DNA of 64,000 nt from Escherichia coli 042 (GCF_000027125.1 NC_017627.1); one strand, 5' to 3'; counted from the stretch's first letter, positions 22,102 to 33,432 are shown. Notes: generated by a model not told the origin, from the sequence alone. A program made the numbers and translations.

Positions 22102-22409
22102 TTTCTGCTATTTACAGGCATGAACTCATCAGAAAAAAGATAATTGAGAAAAACAGCCATAAACACACATGTAAATGTCACCTTCAGATATAATCTGACA
22201 AGTGTCACTTGTTCTGATATATCTGCCTTCTTCCATTCATGAATAATTTCAGCGAGAAAACTGTCAGGTGCAAAATAAAATAATATAACGGGCACCATTA
22301 CAAGACCAAAAGGAAATAAATTTAATGTTCTGCTTATCAGCCTGAGCAGCACAGCACCTATTTTCCTGAGGTGCTGAATATATTTACTGTCCATTGTTGC
22401 CATTTTCAT
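22098..22409 (-). CDS. Hypothetical small two-helix membrane protein inserted between traU and trbC
   Basis: 103 aa, hydrophobic segments IGAVLLRLISRTLNLFPFGLVMVPVILFYFAP and VTFTCVFMAVFLNYLF; strongly AT-rich relative to flanking tra genes. Confidence 0.45.
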   Translation of the reverse strand: MKMATMDSKYIQHLRKIGAVLLRLISRTLNLFPFGLVMVPVILFYFAPDSFLAEIIHEWKKADISEQVTLVRLYLKVTFTCVFMAVFLNYLFSDEFMPVNSRK

Positions 22410-22432
22410 TTCCTCTTATTCATTAAAATGAT

Positions 22433-23425
22433 TTACAGGAATACACAGTTACGTTTACGCCACATCAGGTAGCCGAAGTTTTTCTTTGTGTTGGGCGGAT
22501 TTTTTCCCGTCTCCCAGCGCATCACACTGCGCCCGAACGGATGGCACTGTCCGCTGTCCGGATACATATTCACCATCTGATAACGCCAGCGTTCTTTGGG
22601 CAGGATTGGGGACGGATATTCATTACAGACGGCGTTATTTTTCCCGATGGTTTCCATAATCATGCCCTGACGGTGCAGCTTGAATGCCATGCGTTCACTG
22701 ACCAGCAGGGAGGACTGCAACGGACTGGACTCATTACTCACCCAGCCATTGAACGGGTACATACTGCCCTGCGAACCGGCACACCAGAACAGAACATCGA
22801 GAGGCATATTAAAGGCACTGGCAATGGCATCTGCTGCGCAGGCCCCCTGTGCTATCGGATTGGCAAAAATGACGGCTTCCGGGTTGAGAATGGTGGTCAG
22901 GCTGCTGTCCGTCCAGGTGGGGTCGATTTCAGAAAGATAAGCGATATCCAGGTCACCACCTTCCAGACAGCCCAGCGATGTGATGATGTTCAGCCAGTAC
23001 GTCAGCGGGTATTTGTACCAGTGAACGTGATAGAACGCCCCGTTCACCTGCTTCTCATCCTTTTTCGCCGTTCCCTGTGCCGTTTTACCAAAAGCCGGCA
23101 GGCTGAAGCCCAGGTTAACCATGCATCCCGGTGATCGGGTGACGTCCGTCAGCGCCATCGGCTCCCAGTAACCAATGGCCAGCCCGATACGCCTGAACAG
23201 CGGCGGCGGTGCCGGACAAATCTGAATGGGCATCGACGGGTTCGCCGTGTCGGGGACCTTACCCTGACTGACTTTGATACTGCCCAGCGAGAGCGGGAAA
23301 ATACAGCTCCAGCAGATATCCGTGATCGGGTTTACAAAACGCCCCTCACAGGCAGAATCCGCAGACGCCGCAGGGACATGACCGGCGAGAAGGAATAACA
23401 TCAGCAGCCACAGTCTTCGCTTCAT
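22433..23425 (-). CDS. traU: TraU pilus assembly / DNA transfer protein
   Basis: 330 aa with signal peptide; F TraU length. Confidence 0.95.
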   Translation of the reverse strand: MKRRLWLLMLFLLAGHVPAASADSACEGRFVNPITDICWSCIFPLSLGSIKVSQGKVPDTANPSMPIQICPAPPPLFRRIGLAIGYWEPMALTDVTRSPGCMVNLGFSLPAFGKTAQGTAKKDEKQVNGAFYHVHWYKYPLTYWLNIITSLGCLEGGDLDIAYLSEIDPTWTDSSLTTILNPEAVIFANPIAQGACAADAIASAFNMPLDVLFWCAGSQGSMYPFNGWVSNESSPLQSSLLVSERMAFKLHRQGMIMETIGKNNAVCNEYPSPILPKERWRYQMVNMYPDSGQCHPFGRSVMRWETGKNPPNTKKNFGYLMWRKRNCVFL

Positions 23426-24054
23426 TTTCTGCCCTCCTCTGCCGAAATAAATTCCACCTTCAGGAAGCGATCGCCGGGAACGGCGCTCACCCGTGCCGGG
23501 ACCTGATCAATGCCGAGGCGCTGGCAGAGCACACCGTTCTGGTCAAAGTAAATACGGCTGTCCAGCACTTTCTGCATCTCCGGGATACTGCCCTGCACGA
23601 GGATAATTTTGCTCTCCAGTGTGGGCGGCGTCTGGCGTTTCATCCAGGCCACCTGCGCCGGATCATCGCCATTGATGAAATACAGCGTCTGGTTAAAAGG
23701 AACATACTGCAGCGGATTCATCACTTCACCCTGACGGGCAAACACCCGCCCTTCGTTATCCCGGATATCCGCAGCCAGTCTGACGGACGGGTCAAACAAC
23801 CGGCTGCTGTATTTCTCCGTGCGTCCGATACCGGGCACGGCAGGGGGCCGCAGACTGTTGCGGATCACCCGCTCCTTAAAGGCATCCATTTTCCGGCCCA
23901 TCTCACCGGACTGCTCCAGTGCCGTCAGGCGCTGCATGATCACCGTCAGCATGTCCGGCTCCTTTACCGGCCACAGATCGCCCCAGGTGCCAAGATCGGC
24001 GGCGGCCACACTCTGCCCCCATATCAGCAGGGCAATCAGCCCCCGGCATCTCAT
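23422..24054 (-). CDS. traW: TraW pilus assembly protein
   Basis: 210 aa from internal Met MRCRGLIALLIWGQSVAA (signal peptide); the longer ORF extension is probably not translated. Confidence 0.9.
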   Translation of the reverse strand: MRCRGLIALLIWGQSVAAADLGTWGDLWPVKEPDMLTVIMQRLTALEQSGEMGRKMDAFKERVIRNSLRPPAVPGIGRTEKYSSRLFDPSVRLAADIRDNEGRVFARQGEVMNPLQYVPFNQTLYFINGDDPAQVAWMKRQTPPTLESKIILVQGSIPEMQKVLDSRIYFDQNGVLCQRLGIDQVPARVSAVPGDRFLKVEFISAEEGRK

Positions 24055-24437
24055 GGTTCCGCCCTCATTCGCCGGGCAATATCCTGCTGGATTTCCCGGG
24101 TGATATCCGGTGCCCCCTGTACCACGGCAGGCGACACCAGAATGACCGCGTGGTGTTTCTGCTGCCATGCCTGCAGGCTGGCTTCCAGTGCCGTGTTAAA
24201 ACGCGCTGAAAGGGCTTTTGACTGTGCTTCTGACAGTTGTTTCTGACTGGCGCTGTCAAAAAACGCATCCACGGTCTGTTTCATGTTGAAGGCGGCAGTC
24301 ACCGGTGCGTTCAGTCTGACAATGCCATAACTGATGGCTGCGTTCAGTAACACCATTGCCAGGCATCCCGGCACGGTCCACCACCAGTGGCTGCGTCGGG
24401 GGGCTGTAACGTCAGTCGTTTTTTGCGTTGTGGTCAT
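24051..24437 (-). CDS. trbI: TrbI
   Basis: 128 aa, same length as F TrbI, one TM helix. Confidence 0.9.
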   Translation of the reverse strand: MTTTQKTTDVTAPRRSHWWWTVPGCLAMVLLNAAISYGIVRLNAPVTAAFNMKQTVDAFFDSASQKQLSEAQSKALSARFNTALEASLQAWQQKHHAVILVSPAVVQGAPDITREIQQDIARRMRAEP

Positions 24438-27061
24438 GCAACACTCCTGTATTTCTCATGTTCTTCCAGCCAGGCCTCCAGCGAAGCCATCTCCGGCCCC
24501 GATTTCTTCCACGCCAGCTGCCACACCGCCTCATGAATACTCATACCCTCTCTGCGTTTCTGCTGCACAAACTCAAAATCCGGGCCGTCAGAGCTGTACA
24601 TGGCACGGCTTAACGGGTCCACAAACAGACGGTGCCAGGAGGAATGGTTTTCCACCTGCAGCAGGAAGGAACTGAACCACTGGTCTTTGGCCGCACCAAA
24701 CTTACCAATCATGTCGCGCTGCAGTGGCAGGAACTGGTCCGGATACAGCTGGTTGTATTTCGCGAACTCCTTCGCACTCTGTTTGAGGATAATTTTGTAG
24801 GAGGAGTTACCCCATGCCGCGCGGGCCGCACTGGAGGCCTTGTCAGAGTCAAAGTCGACGATGTTCTGTGTGATGGTGATATAGGCACCGGTATGACGGC
24901 GGGCGGTACGGTAACCTTTCTCAATAAATTCACCGACCTTGTGATTTTTGAAGTCCAGCAGACGCCAGCCTTCATCAATGACGTTCAGTTTCTTGAGGTT
25001 ACGCGGCGTGCGGTACATCCGGTTCTCAATGTAAATGATAAGGCTGAACATCACCGCAACCAGCAGGGACGGACGGTCTTCCAGTCCGCCCAGCTCCAGC
25101 ACCACCATTTTCGCATCATCCCGCAGGGACGGCTCATCGGAGTTGAAATACTGGCCATAAGTGCCGTTAGCAGTGTACTGGTCAAGCAGCACAATCATTT
25201 CGTCCAGACGGCTGCGGATAGTCGGTGACTCTACATACTGGTCGTTATCACGGGCGTTTTTCAGGAAATCCACCACATCATCGATGCGCGCCTTATTCTT
25301 TTTAGCCAGCCAGGAGGCCCTGACCGCCTGCAGCAGCAGACCTTCATGCACTTCATCCAGGTTACCGTTGGGGCTGGCCATCACCGACAACTGGTCGCGG
25401 ACACGCTCCGCTGACTGGTCAATATCGGTGATGTTCGCAAACGGGTTAAAACGCAGGGTTTCACCGTCCAGATATACGCCCCCCATGTTCTCACACAGGG
25501 ACTTGTAGCCATCCCCCATGTCGAACACCACGGCAAAGCCCCCGGAGTCCAGCACGCTGCGGATAAGTGGCTGTATCAGCCCGGTTTTACCGGCCCCGGA
25601 GGTGCCACAGACCGCCATGTTGTAGTTGGTGTTATTCATCCCCCGGAAGAAAATATCGATAAACGCCAGCTGATTACGGTAGGTGGGTGCCAGCAGACCT
25701 GCCGGTGTCAGGGGGTTATCCGCCACTAACGGCATCAGGTTGGCCACATTAAAGCTCTCTGCGCGCTGTACCACTCCGGCCTCTTTCAGCTGTTTAAACA
25801 ACCCTTTCCCGGCCATAAAGGGCAGGCAGGTCAGGAAATTGCGCATGTGGTTAAAGCGCGGTGAAATCAGCTCAAAACCGTTTTTACGGAAGCTGTTCAG
25901 GATGTCCTGCTCCACTTCCAGCGCCGTTTCATTATTGTCCTTGCAGAATGCTGTGATGTTGAGGAAGTAGGACACGACAGAGGACTGACCGGAGCCCAGC
26001 CGCTGACGCAGTTCCCCCCACTCCTTCGCCTCTTTCTCCACGGACGGAAACCATTTGGCATAGGAGGTCTTCGACTTTTTCTCCAGGTCCATGTACTTCA
26101 GGTTGGCTTCGCTGTGAGTTTTCACCTGGTCTTCCACCACCAGAGTCAGCGTCAGGATGAACGGACAGGAGATGGACAGTTCCGGGTTCAGCAGGTTGCT
26201 GTAGTTGTCGGCCATGTTCCACAGGAAGGCGATTTCCGGGTTACGGGCCAGATGGAAATTCAGGATGCGGGCCGTGCTGTTCCTGCCGTTCTCACGCAGG
26301 CCCAGCGTCAGGTAATCCGCCCGGACTTTCAGGTCAAAACTGTCCTCCACACACTGATAATTCAGATCAGAATACGGGTCCAGCTGACGTCTTTTCGGAT
26401 ACAGGGAGTCCGGGTTATGGTTAATCATCTCCCCGACAATATCGATAAAGGCCTGTGCATCCACCGCCTGTGTGGTGATACTGGCCCCCTGTAACGACGC
26501 CCGGATGATTTTCACCAGGTTTTCCATTTCCAGAATGTCAGCCCGGCTTTTTTTCTTCGAGGGAGAACAGTACGAGAAGAATACCCGGTAATGGCGCAGG
26601 GTCAGGGGCAGATTCATCCCCTCCGGCAGCGGAAACTGTGTCGCTGCCGCGTTCATATAATAGGCACGGGTAATGGCGTTAAACCGTTCAGCCTGTTCAC
26701 CGGACCAGGAGAACTCACGCAGCCCGTATTCAATTCTGTCACCAACAAGCTGACTGGACATCAGATGGATGCAGAACGGCACTCCGCGCGGCAGTTTGGT
26801 GCGCAGCATGTGGTCGAGCGCCTCCACAATGGACTCATTCGCCCCATTGATGGGAATGGCTTCCAGCATAAAGCCCATCGTGGTGTCATTCATGAACAGA
26901 CCGGATTCCTGGTTATAATCACGGTACGGCAGCAGACGGCTGAACTGCGGGAAGCTCATTTCGCCCAGAACTTCATTGGCCTTTGCGGATTCGTCAGGCA
27001 GTTTCAGTGCTGTGACGAGGGAGTTAACCGCCTGAGTGACGGCCTCAAGTGGGTTATTCAC
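24434..27061 (-). CDS. traC: TraC VirB4-like ATPase
   Basis: 875 aa, same as F TraC; Walker A GTSGAGKT. Confidence 0.97.
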   Translation of the reverse strand: MNNPLEAVTQAVNSLVTALKLPDESAKANEVLGEMSFPQFSRLLPYRDYNQESGLFMNDTTMGFMLEAIPINGANESIVEALDHMLRTKLPRGVPFCIHLMSSQLVGDRIEYGLREFSWSGEQAERFNAITRAYYMNAAATQFPLPEGMNLPLTLRHYRVFFSYCSPSKKKSRADILEMENLVKIIRASLQGASITTQAVDAQAFIDIVGEMINHNPDSLYPKRRQLDPYSDLNYQCVEDSFDLKVRADYLTLGLRENGRNSTARILNFHLARNPEIAFLWNMADNYSNLLNPELSISCPFILTLTLVVEDQVKTHSEANLKYMDLEKKSKTSYAKWFPSVEKEAKEWGELRQRLGSGQSSVVSYFLNITAFCKDNNETALEVEQDILNSFRKNGFELISPRFNHMRNFLTCLPFMAGKGLFKQLKEAGVVQRAESFNVANLMPLVADNPLTPAGLLAPTYRNQLAFIDIFFRGMNNTNYNMAVCGTSGAGKTGLIQPLIRSVLDSGGFAVVFDMGDGYKSLCENMGGVYLDGETLRFNPFANITDIDQSAERVRDQLSVMASPNGNLDEVHEGLLLQAVRASWLAKKNKARIDDVVDFLKNARDNDQYVESPTIRSRLDEMIVLLDQYTANGTYGQYFNSDEPSLRDDAKMVVLELGGLEDRPSLLVAVMFSLIIYIENRMYRTPRNLKKLNVIDEGWRLLDFKNHKVGEFIEKGYRTARRHTGAYITITQNIVDFDSDKASSAARAAWGNSSYKIILKQSAKEFAKYNQLYPDQFLPLQRDMIGKFGAAKDQWFSSFLLQVENHSSWHRLFVDPLSRAMYSSDGPDFEFVQQKRREGMSIHEAVWQLAWKKSGPEMASLEAWLEEHEKYRSVA

Positions 27062-27220
27062 ATGAATTCCTTAGTTGAAAAATAAAGCGAGAAATGCGGT
27101 AGCCATGAAGGGAATACCTGTAATTAACGCGCCATTTCCCGGCGCATATACAAAGATTTCGGTTTTCTGAATATCAACTCATGTTCATCCGGAATTAAAT
27201 CAATATGTTCTGCGACTGAC

Positions 27221-27442
27221 TTATGCATAATGTTTTCTCTGCTTTTCCTGATACGCCTGACATTCAACGCACAACGTCACACCGGGAAATATTTTCCGCC
27301 GGGCTTCCGGAATAGGATTTCCGCATGCTTCACAGAGATAAACAGGAATACCATGAGCATTTATTTTCTGGCGTATCCGGTTTATTCCTGTCATGGTCAG
27401 TTGTTCTGTTACTGAATATGCTTCATCGACTTCATCACTCAC
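27221..27442 (-). CDS. traR: TraR DksA-like zinc-finger protein
   Basis: 73 aa, CxxC...CxxC motif (CEACGNPI...CVEC). Confidence 0.9.
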   Translation of the reverse strand: MSDEVDEAYSVTEQLTMTGINRIRQKINAHGIPVYLCEACGNPIPEARRKIFPGVTLCVECQAYQEKQRKHYA

Positions 27443-27576
27443 GGAATATTCCTCCCGACATGTTCTGACACGCTACCGCCCATCCCTTTTCACGCACAGG
27501 GCACTCGTTTTACAGGCAGATTTTGAATACAGAAAGCCCGCCGGCATTGCCGGCTGATATACAACTTCAGGGCCAG

Positions 27577-28092
27577 TTAATTAATACGTGGTTTTCCCCA
27601 CGCAGACGGTTTAATAACAAAAAACACACTGGATGGCTGATGATAAACATCCTGATTATCAATATAAGGCGCTATCCATAATGCAGCCGTCTGCTCACCC
27701 GTTCTTAGCGGGCGGGGAGGTGTTACCGGCGCAACTGAACTGACCGGAACAATCGTTTTCACTTCCCGGGCAGCCGTAAACAACGGACGTGGTGCCAGCA
27801 GTTTCTGCTCCGGAAGTGCCGTCACCGCAGGTCTGCTGCCGGACGGAGTGGTCGCGGTGACGGTCTGCACCGGCATTGTCCGGAAGTTCCCTTCAGCCAG
27901 GCGCGGCAGTGATGCCGCAACCGGCTTTGCTTCTGAGGACTGCTCCAGTTTTTTGGCCTTCTCATTGGCCTGCTCCATCGTCATACAGGTATCGGATGTG
28001 GTGGCGTTACACTCAAATTCCGTATTTGTTCCTGCGCAGCCGGAAAGTAATAAGGTTCCCAGCAGAGGAATAAATAAAGAAATCTGTTTCAT
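27577..28092 (-). CDS. traV: TraV outer-membrane lipoprotein
   Basis: 171 aa, lipobox LLLSGC. Confidence 0.9.
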   Translation of the reverse strand: MKQISLFIPLLGTLLLSGCAGTNTEFECNATTSDTCMTMEQANEKAKKLEQSSEAKPVAASLPRLAEGNFRTMPVQTVTATTPSGSRPAVTALPEQKLLAPRPLFTAAREVKTIVPVSSVAPVTPPRPLRTGEQTAALWIAPYIDNQDVYHQPSSVFFVIKPSAWGKPRIN

Positions 28093-28403
28093 TGCCCTTC
28101 TCCTTTTTTATTACTCCCCACAACAGCAGAAATTAACTCTGCTGTCAGATTTGTTTTTCCTGCACAGGGTTGTCCGGAGACTACTGTATTTCCCGGAGAA
28201 GAAAATAAGCTCATCGATATACCCTTCTTCATCACACCGACAGCTGCCATATTAAAATTGTGCGGCAATGATTCAGAACTGAACAGCTTCGGAGCAGGAA
28301 GAACTATTTTTGTGGTGCAGTTACTGAGAACAGCATTCATAAAATCATCTGATACGCTTTTATCCGGTACAGAGCGTGCAGTAATAATATTAATATTACG
28401 CAT
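28089..28403 (-). CDS. Small ORF in the trbD/trbG position
   Basis: Position between traP and traV; start chosen at the internal Met nearest the traP stop. Confidence 0.4.
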   Translation of the reverse strand: MRNINIITARSVPDKSVSDDFMNAVLSNCTTKIVLPAPKLFSSESLPHNFNMAAVGVMKKGISMSLFSSPGNTVVSGQPCAGKTNLTAELISAVVGSNKKGEGQ

Positions 28404-28977
28404 GTTCATTTTTATCTCCGTTGTTTCTGTTTGCCCTGTCATCAGGGAAATAAACATGGCATTTCCTGATTTTTTCCGACAGAGAAGTGTCTTCTGCAAG
28501 AACTTCCTTCAGACGCTCATCTGCTGTTGCCACACGGACACATTTCATTTTTCCGGGTCGCACCGGATATTTCCCGGCGCCTGCCGCAAACGACATATAC
28601 ATAAGTGCCAGCGTTGCCCAGAATGCGGTGACCAGTTGCATCAGTGACCGGTCAGTCTCCCTGACATAATCTGCAGCATCAGCAGCACGGTAACGGCAGA
28701 TTTTCTCTTCTGCTCCTGGAAGATCATGCAGAGAAGGCAAACATTCTCTTACAGGAAACTGCCCGGCAGGGGCTGTTTGTCTTACGAAGTCAATTTCCTG
28801 AACCAGTAATTTTCCTGGTGTGGTGTTGTCCTTCCATAAAACAAACAGAGCCATCAGGGCCATTGTGGCCAGCGGCCAGATAACCACAAACCTGACGACC
28901 CACAGCAGCCAGCGAACGACAAACGCCACACGGAATGTCAGTGCATCACCCGCCATTTCCGCCCTCCTTGCCGGCAT
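28396..28977 (-). CDS. traP: TraP
   Basis: 193 aa membrane protein downstream of traB. Confidence 0.85.
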   Translation of the reverse strand: MPARRAEMAGDALTFRVAFVVRWLLWVVRFVVIWPLATMALMALFVLWKDNTTPGKLLVQEIDFVRQTAPAGQFPVRECLPSLHDLPGAEEKICRYRAADAADYVRETDRSLMQLVTAFWATLALMYMSFAAGAGKYPVRPGKMKCVRVATADERLKEVLAEDTSLSEKIRKCHVYFPDDRANRNNGDKNEHA

Positions 28978-30397
28978 CCCCGCCCTGCGGGTTCTTGTCT
29001 CCGGACATAAACTGCTGCGGATTCAGATTGCCCAGCTGCTTCAGCATCTGGTCGGTGTTAAAACCGTTCAGGTGGCTTTCTGCCGAGGGAGGATTCGGCA
29101 CAGGGCTTTCCGGGTTACCCTCTTCCGCTGTACTCTGTGACTGCTCCAGCGCCATTTCCTCCACGGTTTTCAGCTGGAAGCCGTCCTGGAACACCACGGT
29201 CACTTCGTTGCCCGCACCAATCGGTATCACCGGGTGATACTGTTCGGCACGTTTGATGTAGTAGTCACTGAGCGTCTGTGCGGCTTTCGATGCGCCGCCA
29301 CCGATACCCATTTTAAGGACATCGCCGGCCCCGTAAGCGGCTGTGGCACCCAGCCCGACAGCCGGCTGGGAGGCGCGCTCCATTCCCTGACCGATACCGT
29401 CAACAAATCCCGCGCCCCATGCCCAGCCGAGGATTTTGCCGTTACGCATCACCACTTCGCCCTTGATACCGTTTTTACCCCGGAAGCTGACATGCCCCTT
29501 AATCGGCATATCAATGGTTTTGCCATTCTTCAGGCAGCTGATATTACGGGTGCGAACAATAGCACGTTCACTGGAGACATCCCCCCAGGCTTCCAGCCCC
29601 ACAAAACATCCCGTTGCGTCATACGTCTTGCTGTTCGGCATTTCCACCAGACCGGTGATACGCAACTGCATCGGCACCGTGGATTCATTACCGGTGACTG
29701 AGGCATTGGCATCCGCCCCTTCAATCAGCATGGCTTTCGCAAAACTTCCTGACGGAATGTACGGCAGCGATGGTCCCTGTTTTCCCTCATTACGGGTAAA
29801 CACCTTACGCTGTATCCGGTTAGGCACCGGCACAGACTGGTACGTCACCTGTGGTGGTGGCGTGACACCATTCCCGGGATAAAACGCCGTCGGCGGTGGA
29901 ACAGCAACGCTGCCCTGCGGCGGGAAGGATACGGGGGTGTTTCCTGGCTGTGGTTCGCCTTCCGGCCCGGGCGGTGAGGCTGGCGTCTGCGGTACAGGCT
30001 CACCGGTCGCGGTGACGGGATTTGCACCCAGGGCTTTTACCTGCTCTGCCAGGGCAGCATTATCCTGTCCCAGCTTTTCAATACGACGCTGGTCATCACC
30101 GCGCTGTTTGTTCAGGACATCCAGTTCACGACGGATTTCCTCATACTGCTTCTGCATCTGCGCTGCCGTCACCTGCATCTCTGTGGTGGCATGCTGACGC
30201 ACCTTGTCATCAAAGGTCGTATCCACCACACCGGTCATATCCGGCACAGGCTCCTGTTCAGCCACCGCCTCACCGTTACCGGACATGTCCACATCAGACA
30301 GATACAGTGCACCACCAATCGCGGATGCTGCACCGACAACCACAATCCCCAGCCACAGGTACTGCTTGCGTTTCACAATGGTATTGATACTGGCCAT
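28946..30397 (-). CDS. traB: TraB (VirB10-like)
   Basis: 483 aa, N-terminal TM helix, proline-rich linker, C-terminal domain. Confidence 0.95.
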   Translation of the reverse strand: MASINTIVKRKQYLWLGIVVVGAASAIGGALYLSDVDMSGNGEAVAEQEPVPDMTGVVDTTFDDKVRQHATTEMQVTAAQMQKQYEEIRRELDVLNKQRGDDQRRIEKLGQDNAALAEQVKALGANPVTATGEPVPQTPASPPGPEGEPQPGNTPVSFPPQGSVAVPPPTAFYPGNGVTPPPQVTYQSVPVPNRIQRKVFTRNEGKQGPSLPYIPSGSFAKAMLIEGADANASVTGNESTVPMQLRITGLVEMPNSKTYDATGCFVGLEAWGDVSSERAIVRTRNISCLKNGKTIDMPIKGHVSFRGKNGIKGEVVMRNGKILGWAWGAGFVDGIGQGMERASQPAVGLGATAAYGAGDVLKMGIGGGASKAAQTLSDYYIKRAEQYHPVIPIGAGNEVTVVFQDGFQLKTVEEMALEQSQSTAEEGNPESPVPNPPSAESHLNGFNTDQMLKQLGNLNPQQFMSGDKNPQGGDAGKEGGNGG

Positions 30398-31125
30398 CAG
30401 TTGCCCTCCCCGTCACGGATGACATACACATCCATGCGCGCACCTGCCAGTAACTGGCTGGCAGGCTGGCTGAACATCACGGCACGGGTTCCCGGCTGCC
30501 AGAAATCACTTTCCCGGATATTCAGGGCAGACAGCGTTTTATTTTCCACGGCAAAGCGGACCATCTTCAGGTGATTCCCCGTCCATACGGCATCTGCCAC
30601 TGAAGACAGCCCCGCCGGGGCCTGCAGGGTTTCCTTTGTCACAGGAACCTGATACCAGCCTGCAGGTAATTTTCCGCCACGGACAGCCTGGCTGATGGTC
30701 ACAAGCAGGGATTCGTAAGGCGTGGACGTTTCCCACGCACCGGCTTCTTCTCCGGTTCCGCGCAGGTCACTGACCAGCTGAATGGTACGCCCCGCGCCTT
30801 CACGGGGAACGGCCTGAATGGAAAGATTCAGACCACGTTCTGTTTCCAGAATGAACGTAAAGGGCTTTTTGTTGACGGTGGCAACCACCACACCGCCGGA
30901 GGCGGTCTGCTCATTATTGGTCAGGGCACCATCCAGACTGTTCACGGCGATAATCCGGTCACCGGGAACGGTAAACAGATTCGGGCTGGTATTGCTGATG
31001 GCAATACTGGCCTGACCACCGTTCACCATTGGCACCACGGTGGGGGACAGCGTACCGTTTGCGGCCATCACGCTGCAGGAAAAAAACAGGCTGCCGAATA
31101 TTATTGCCGTATTATTTTTTCTCAT
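30397..31125 (-). CDS. traK: TraK secretin-like protein
   Basis: 242 aa, same as F TraK. Confidence 0.95.
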   Translation of the reverse strand: MRKNNTAIIFGSLFFSCSVMAANGTLSPTVVPMVNGGQASIAISNTSPNLFTVPGDRIIAVNSLDGALTNNEQTASGGVVVATVNKKPFTFILETERGLNLSIQAVPREGAGRTIQLVSDLRGTGEEAGAWETSTPYESLLVTISQAVRGGKLPAGWYQVPVTKETLQAPAGLSSVADAVWTGNHLKMVRFAVENKTLSALNIRESDFWQPGTRAVMFSQPASQLLAGARMDVYVIRDGEGN

Positions 31126-31678
31126 CGTCTGTTTCCCCGAAATTATCCAGCCAGGTCACCCCGTTTTCCCGCTTCAGAATAAGGATGTAATGTTTGATAT
31201 CAGTGAAAGGTTTTGAATCACCAATCCAGGTTTTAAGCACACCACGAATTTCCACACGGCCATACTGAGGCCAGACACGAACACTGGTCTGGAAAAAGGC
31301 TGAGTTCACGTTATCGTTTTTAATACGCTTCGCTTCTTCAGCCAGAATAACTTTCATCTGGTTCTGTGCGCCCGGGCGGATATATTGCAGAAGCGCCTGA
31401 TGTGAGGCATCGACGGTTTCTGATGAAACATTCAGACGGAGGGCAATAAATGACAGCGCCATCTGCTGTAAATAAGAGGCGTCGGCACTGTTCTGTGACA
31501 CGGCAAAGGGCACATTAAATCCCATTGGGGTCACGGCAGTGCGTTGCTCATTCTGAAGACGGTAGTTATTCACCCCCTGAATGACGTTAACAGAGAGGCT
31601 GAGAACAATAAGCACTGACATAAATATAAAGGCGATGGCCATTACACGACTGGTACTTAAACGGGCACCGTGTTCCAT
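31112..31678 (-). CDS. traE: TraE
   Basis: 188 aa, same as F TraE. Confidence 0.95.
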   Translation of the reverse strand: MEHGARLSTSRVMAIAFIFMSVLIVLSLSVNVIQGVNNYRLQNEQRTAVTPMGFNVPFAVSQNSADASYLQQMALSFIALRLNVSSETVDASHQALLQYIRPGAQNQMKVILAEEAKRIKNDNVNSAFFQTSVRVWPQYGRVEIRGVLKTWIGDSKPFTDIKHYILILKRENGVTWLDNFGETDDEKK

Positions 31679-31699
31679 ATAACAATCCTGGTATCAGTT

Positions 31700-32011
31700 C
31701 TATTTAATCCACTGCCGGAAACACGAATCGGGAACATTATGAAAAATACCGCGCAGCAGGGCTGTTGGCATATACCAGTAAATCAGGTCACGTAACCAGG
31801 AACTGCCCCGCCCTTTTTTCAGTTTTTTAATCCCGAAATAAACCAGAACCGCTGCACCAATACCGAACAGATATTTTGATGTTGTGATACCCCAGCCAAT
31901 ACAGACTGCTGCGGGGATCAGTTCATCCAGTGGCAGGCCAAACCAGCGGCTCTGGTTGGTCAGTGTTTCCGGGAAACGATATTTCTTAAGTTTATTCTCG
32001 TCTCCCGACAT
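31700..32011 (-). CDS. traL: TraL
   Basis: 103 aa small membrane protein following traA. Confidence 0.9.
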   Translation of the reverse strand: MSGDENKLKKYRFPETLTNQSRWFGLPLDELIPAAVCIGWGITTSKYLFGIGAAVLVYFGIKKLKKGRGSSWLRDLIYWYMPTALLRGIFHNVPDSCFRQWIK

Positions 32012-32025
32012 CGTTTTATTTCCTG

Positions 32026-32391
32026 TCAGAGGCCAACGACGGCCATACCCACAGCAATAAATACAGAGATGATGGCAAAACCGGCCAGGAACTTGACGTT
32101 TTTGGTCATCATGTACATGACCGCACCGACCAGAACTTCAGCCAGAACAACCCATTTAACAACACTGGAGTCCTTACCGAAGGTCGCCTTAACCGTGGAG
32201 TTACCACTCTGCATCAGGTCCTGACCTGCCCCCTGGGCGGCCATTGCCAGTTGCGGGAAGAACATCATCAGAACAGCAGCAGGGATCACAGCGCGAACCA
32301 GGCGAAGCATATTCAGACGAGTGAATTTAGAAAAAAACGATTTCTTTTCAACGGGCGCAGAAGCACCCTGAACACTTAAAACAGTATTCAT
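32026..32391 (-). CDS. traA: TraA propilin (F-pilin)
   Basis: 121 aa, leader plus mature pilin ...[67 protein letters not shown]. Confidence 0.97.
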   Translation of the reverse strand: MNTVLSVQGASAPVEKKSFFSKFTRLNMLRLVRAVIPAAVLMMFFPQLAMAAQGAGQDLMQSGNSTVKATFGKDSSVVKWVVLAEVLVGAVMYMMTKNVKFLAGFAIISVFIAVGMAVVGL

Positions 32392-32424
32392 ATGATTCCT
32401 CTGTTTAATATTGATAGATAAAAA

Positions 32425-32652
32425 CTAAAGTTCTTTAAATGTTGACTCGTTCTCTTCGATCACCTCCCTGAATATTTCTTCATTATAGAAATCAGGAAAC
32501 CGTTTCAGATGATCTCTGAGACGGATCTGAACCTCTATAGTTTTACTTCTACCGCTACGATCTTTGGCCCGAATAAGTTGGTTATTTGTATCTTCATCGA
32601 GATACACTGAGACTGTTCTGCTTATCCCGCCTCTCGCGTTACGCCTCCTCAC
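32425..32652 (-). CDS. traY: TraY (R100-type, 75 aa ribbon-helix-helix oriT accessory protein)
   Basis: 75 aa basic protein immediately upstream of traA. Confidence 0.85.
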   Translation of the reverse strand: MRRRNARGGISRTVSVYLDEDTNNQLIRAKDRSGRSKTIEVQIRLRDHLKRFPDFYNEEIFREVIEENESTFKEL

Positions 32653-32745
32653 TCAATTCACCTCTGTTTCCCGACTAATAAAATCATGATTGCACAGAAA
32701 CCGACAAAAAAAAACACACCAAAATTGGCGTGCCTTATTTAACAT

Positions 32746-33432
32746 TTACTTAACACCATAAAATTCACGAATTATACTTAATAGCGAATCTATTTCTCCT
32801 TTATAGATACATGACACTCTGAATAAATCAAAGTGTTCAAAAAATTCTTTTATTTTCCGTTTAACTGGTTTAATTCGATCCTCAGATGCTCTGTCTGTAA
32901 TACCCAACTCTCTGGCAATTGTTGCGTGACCAACACCCAGCATATAAAAAGAGAAAACAACCAATGTCCCTGGAGAAAGATCATTCCATATCGTTAATTT
33001 ATCAGAAGTATTTGTATTACTTCCACTCTGATTTAACGCAAAAAATGGATAATCAGGAAACGGATTAATTTGCCATAAAACAACAGATTCGTCATTATAA
33101 AAAGAAACATTCTCCATCCTTATCTGATAGATTTCGCCATGAAAATTAAAACGACGACAAAATGCAGAGCCATGTCCAAGAGCCTGGCATTCCAGTTCAA
33201 GTGATGAAAGAAAAATTTCAACCTGCAGACGTATATAACTCTCTCCGGATAAGGGTTTATCTTCTCTGGAAAAGAGTTCAATAAAAGCCCCATTGGCATA
33301 AAGGATTTTCCGGTTTTTGTTACGGACACAAACCGGAACGGGAGAATTTCTGTAGATATTCTGAACGTTAAGGATGTATTTATTTACAGATTGACTGTTA
33401 AGTGGCCTTTCTCTACGATCCAGCGCACACAT
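32746..33432 (-). CDS. traJ: TraJ transcriptional activator of the tra operon
   Basis: Start at ATG 33432 (MCALDRRER...) preceded by GGAGG; the longer ORF to 33492 is probably leader. Confidence 0.85.
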
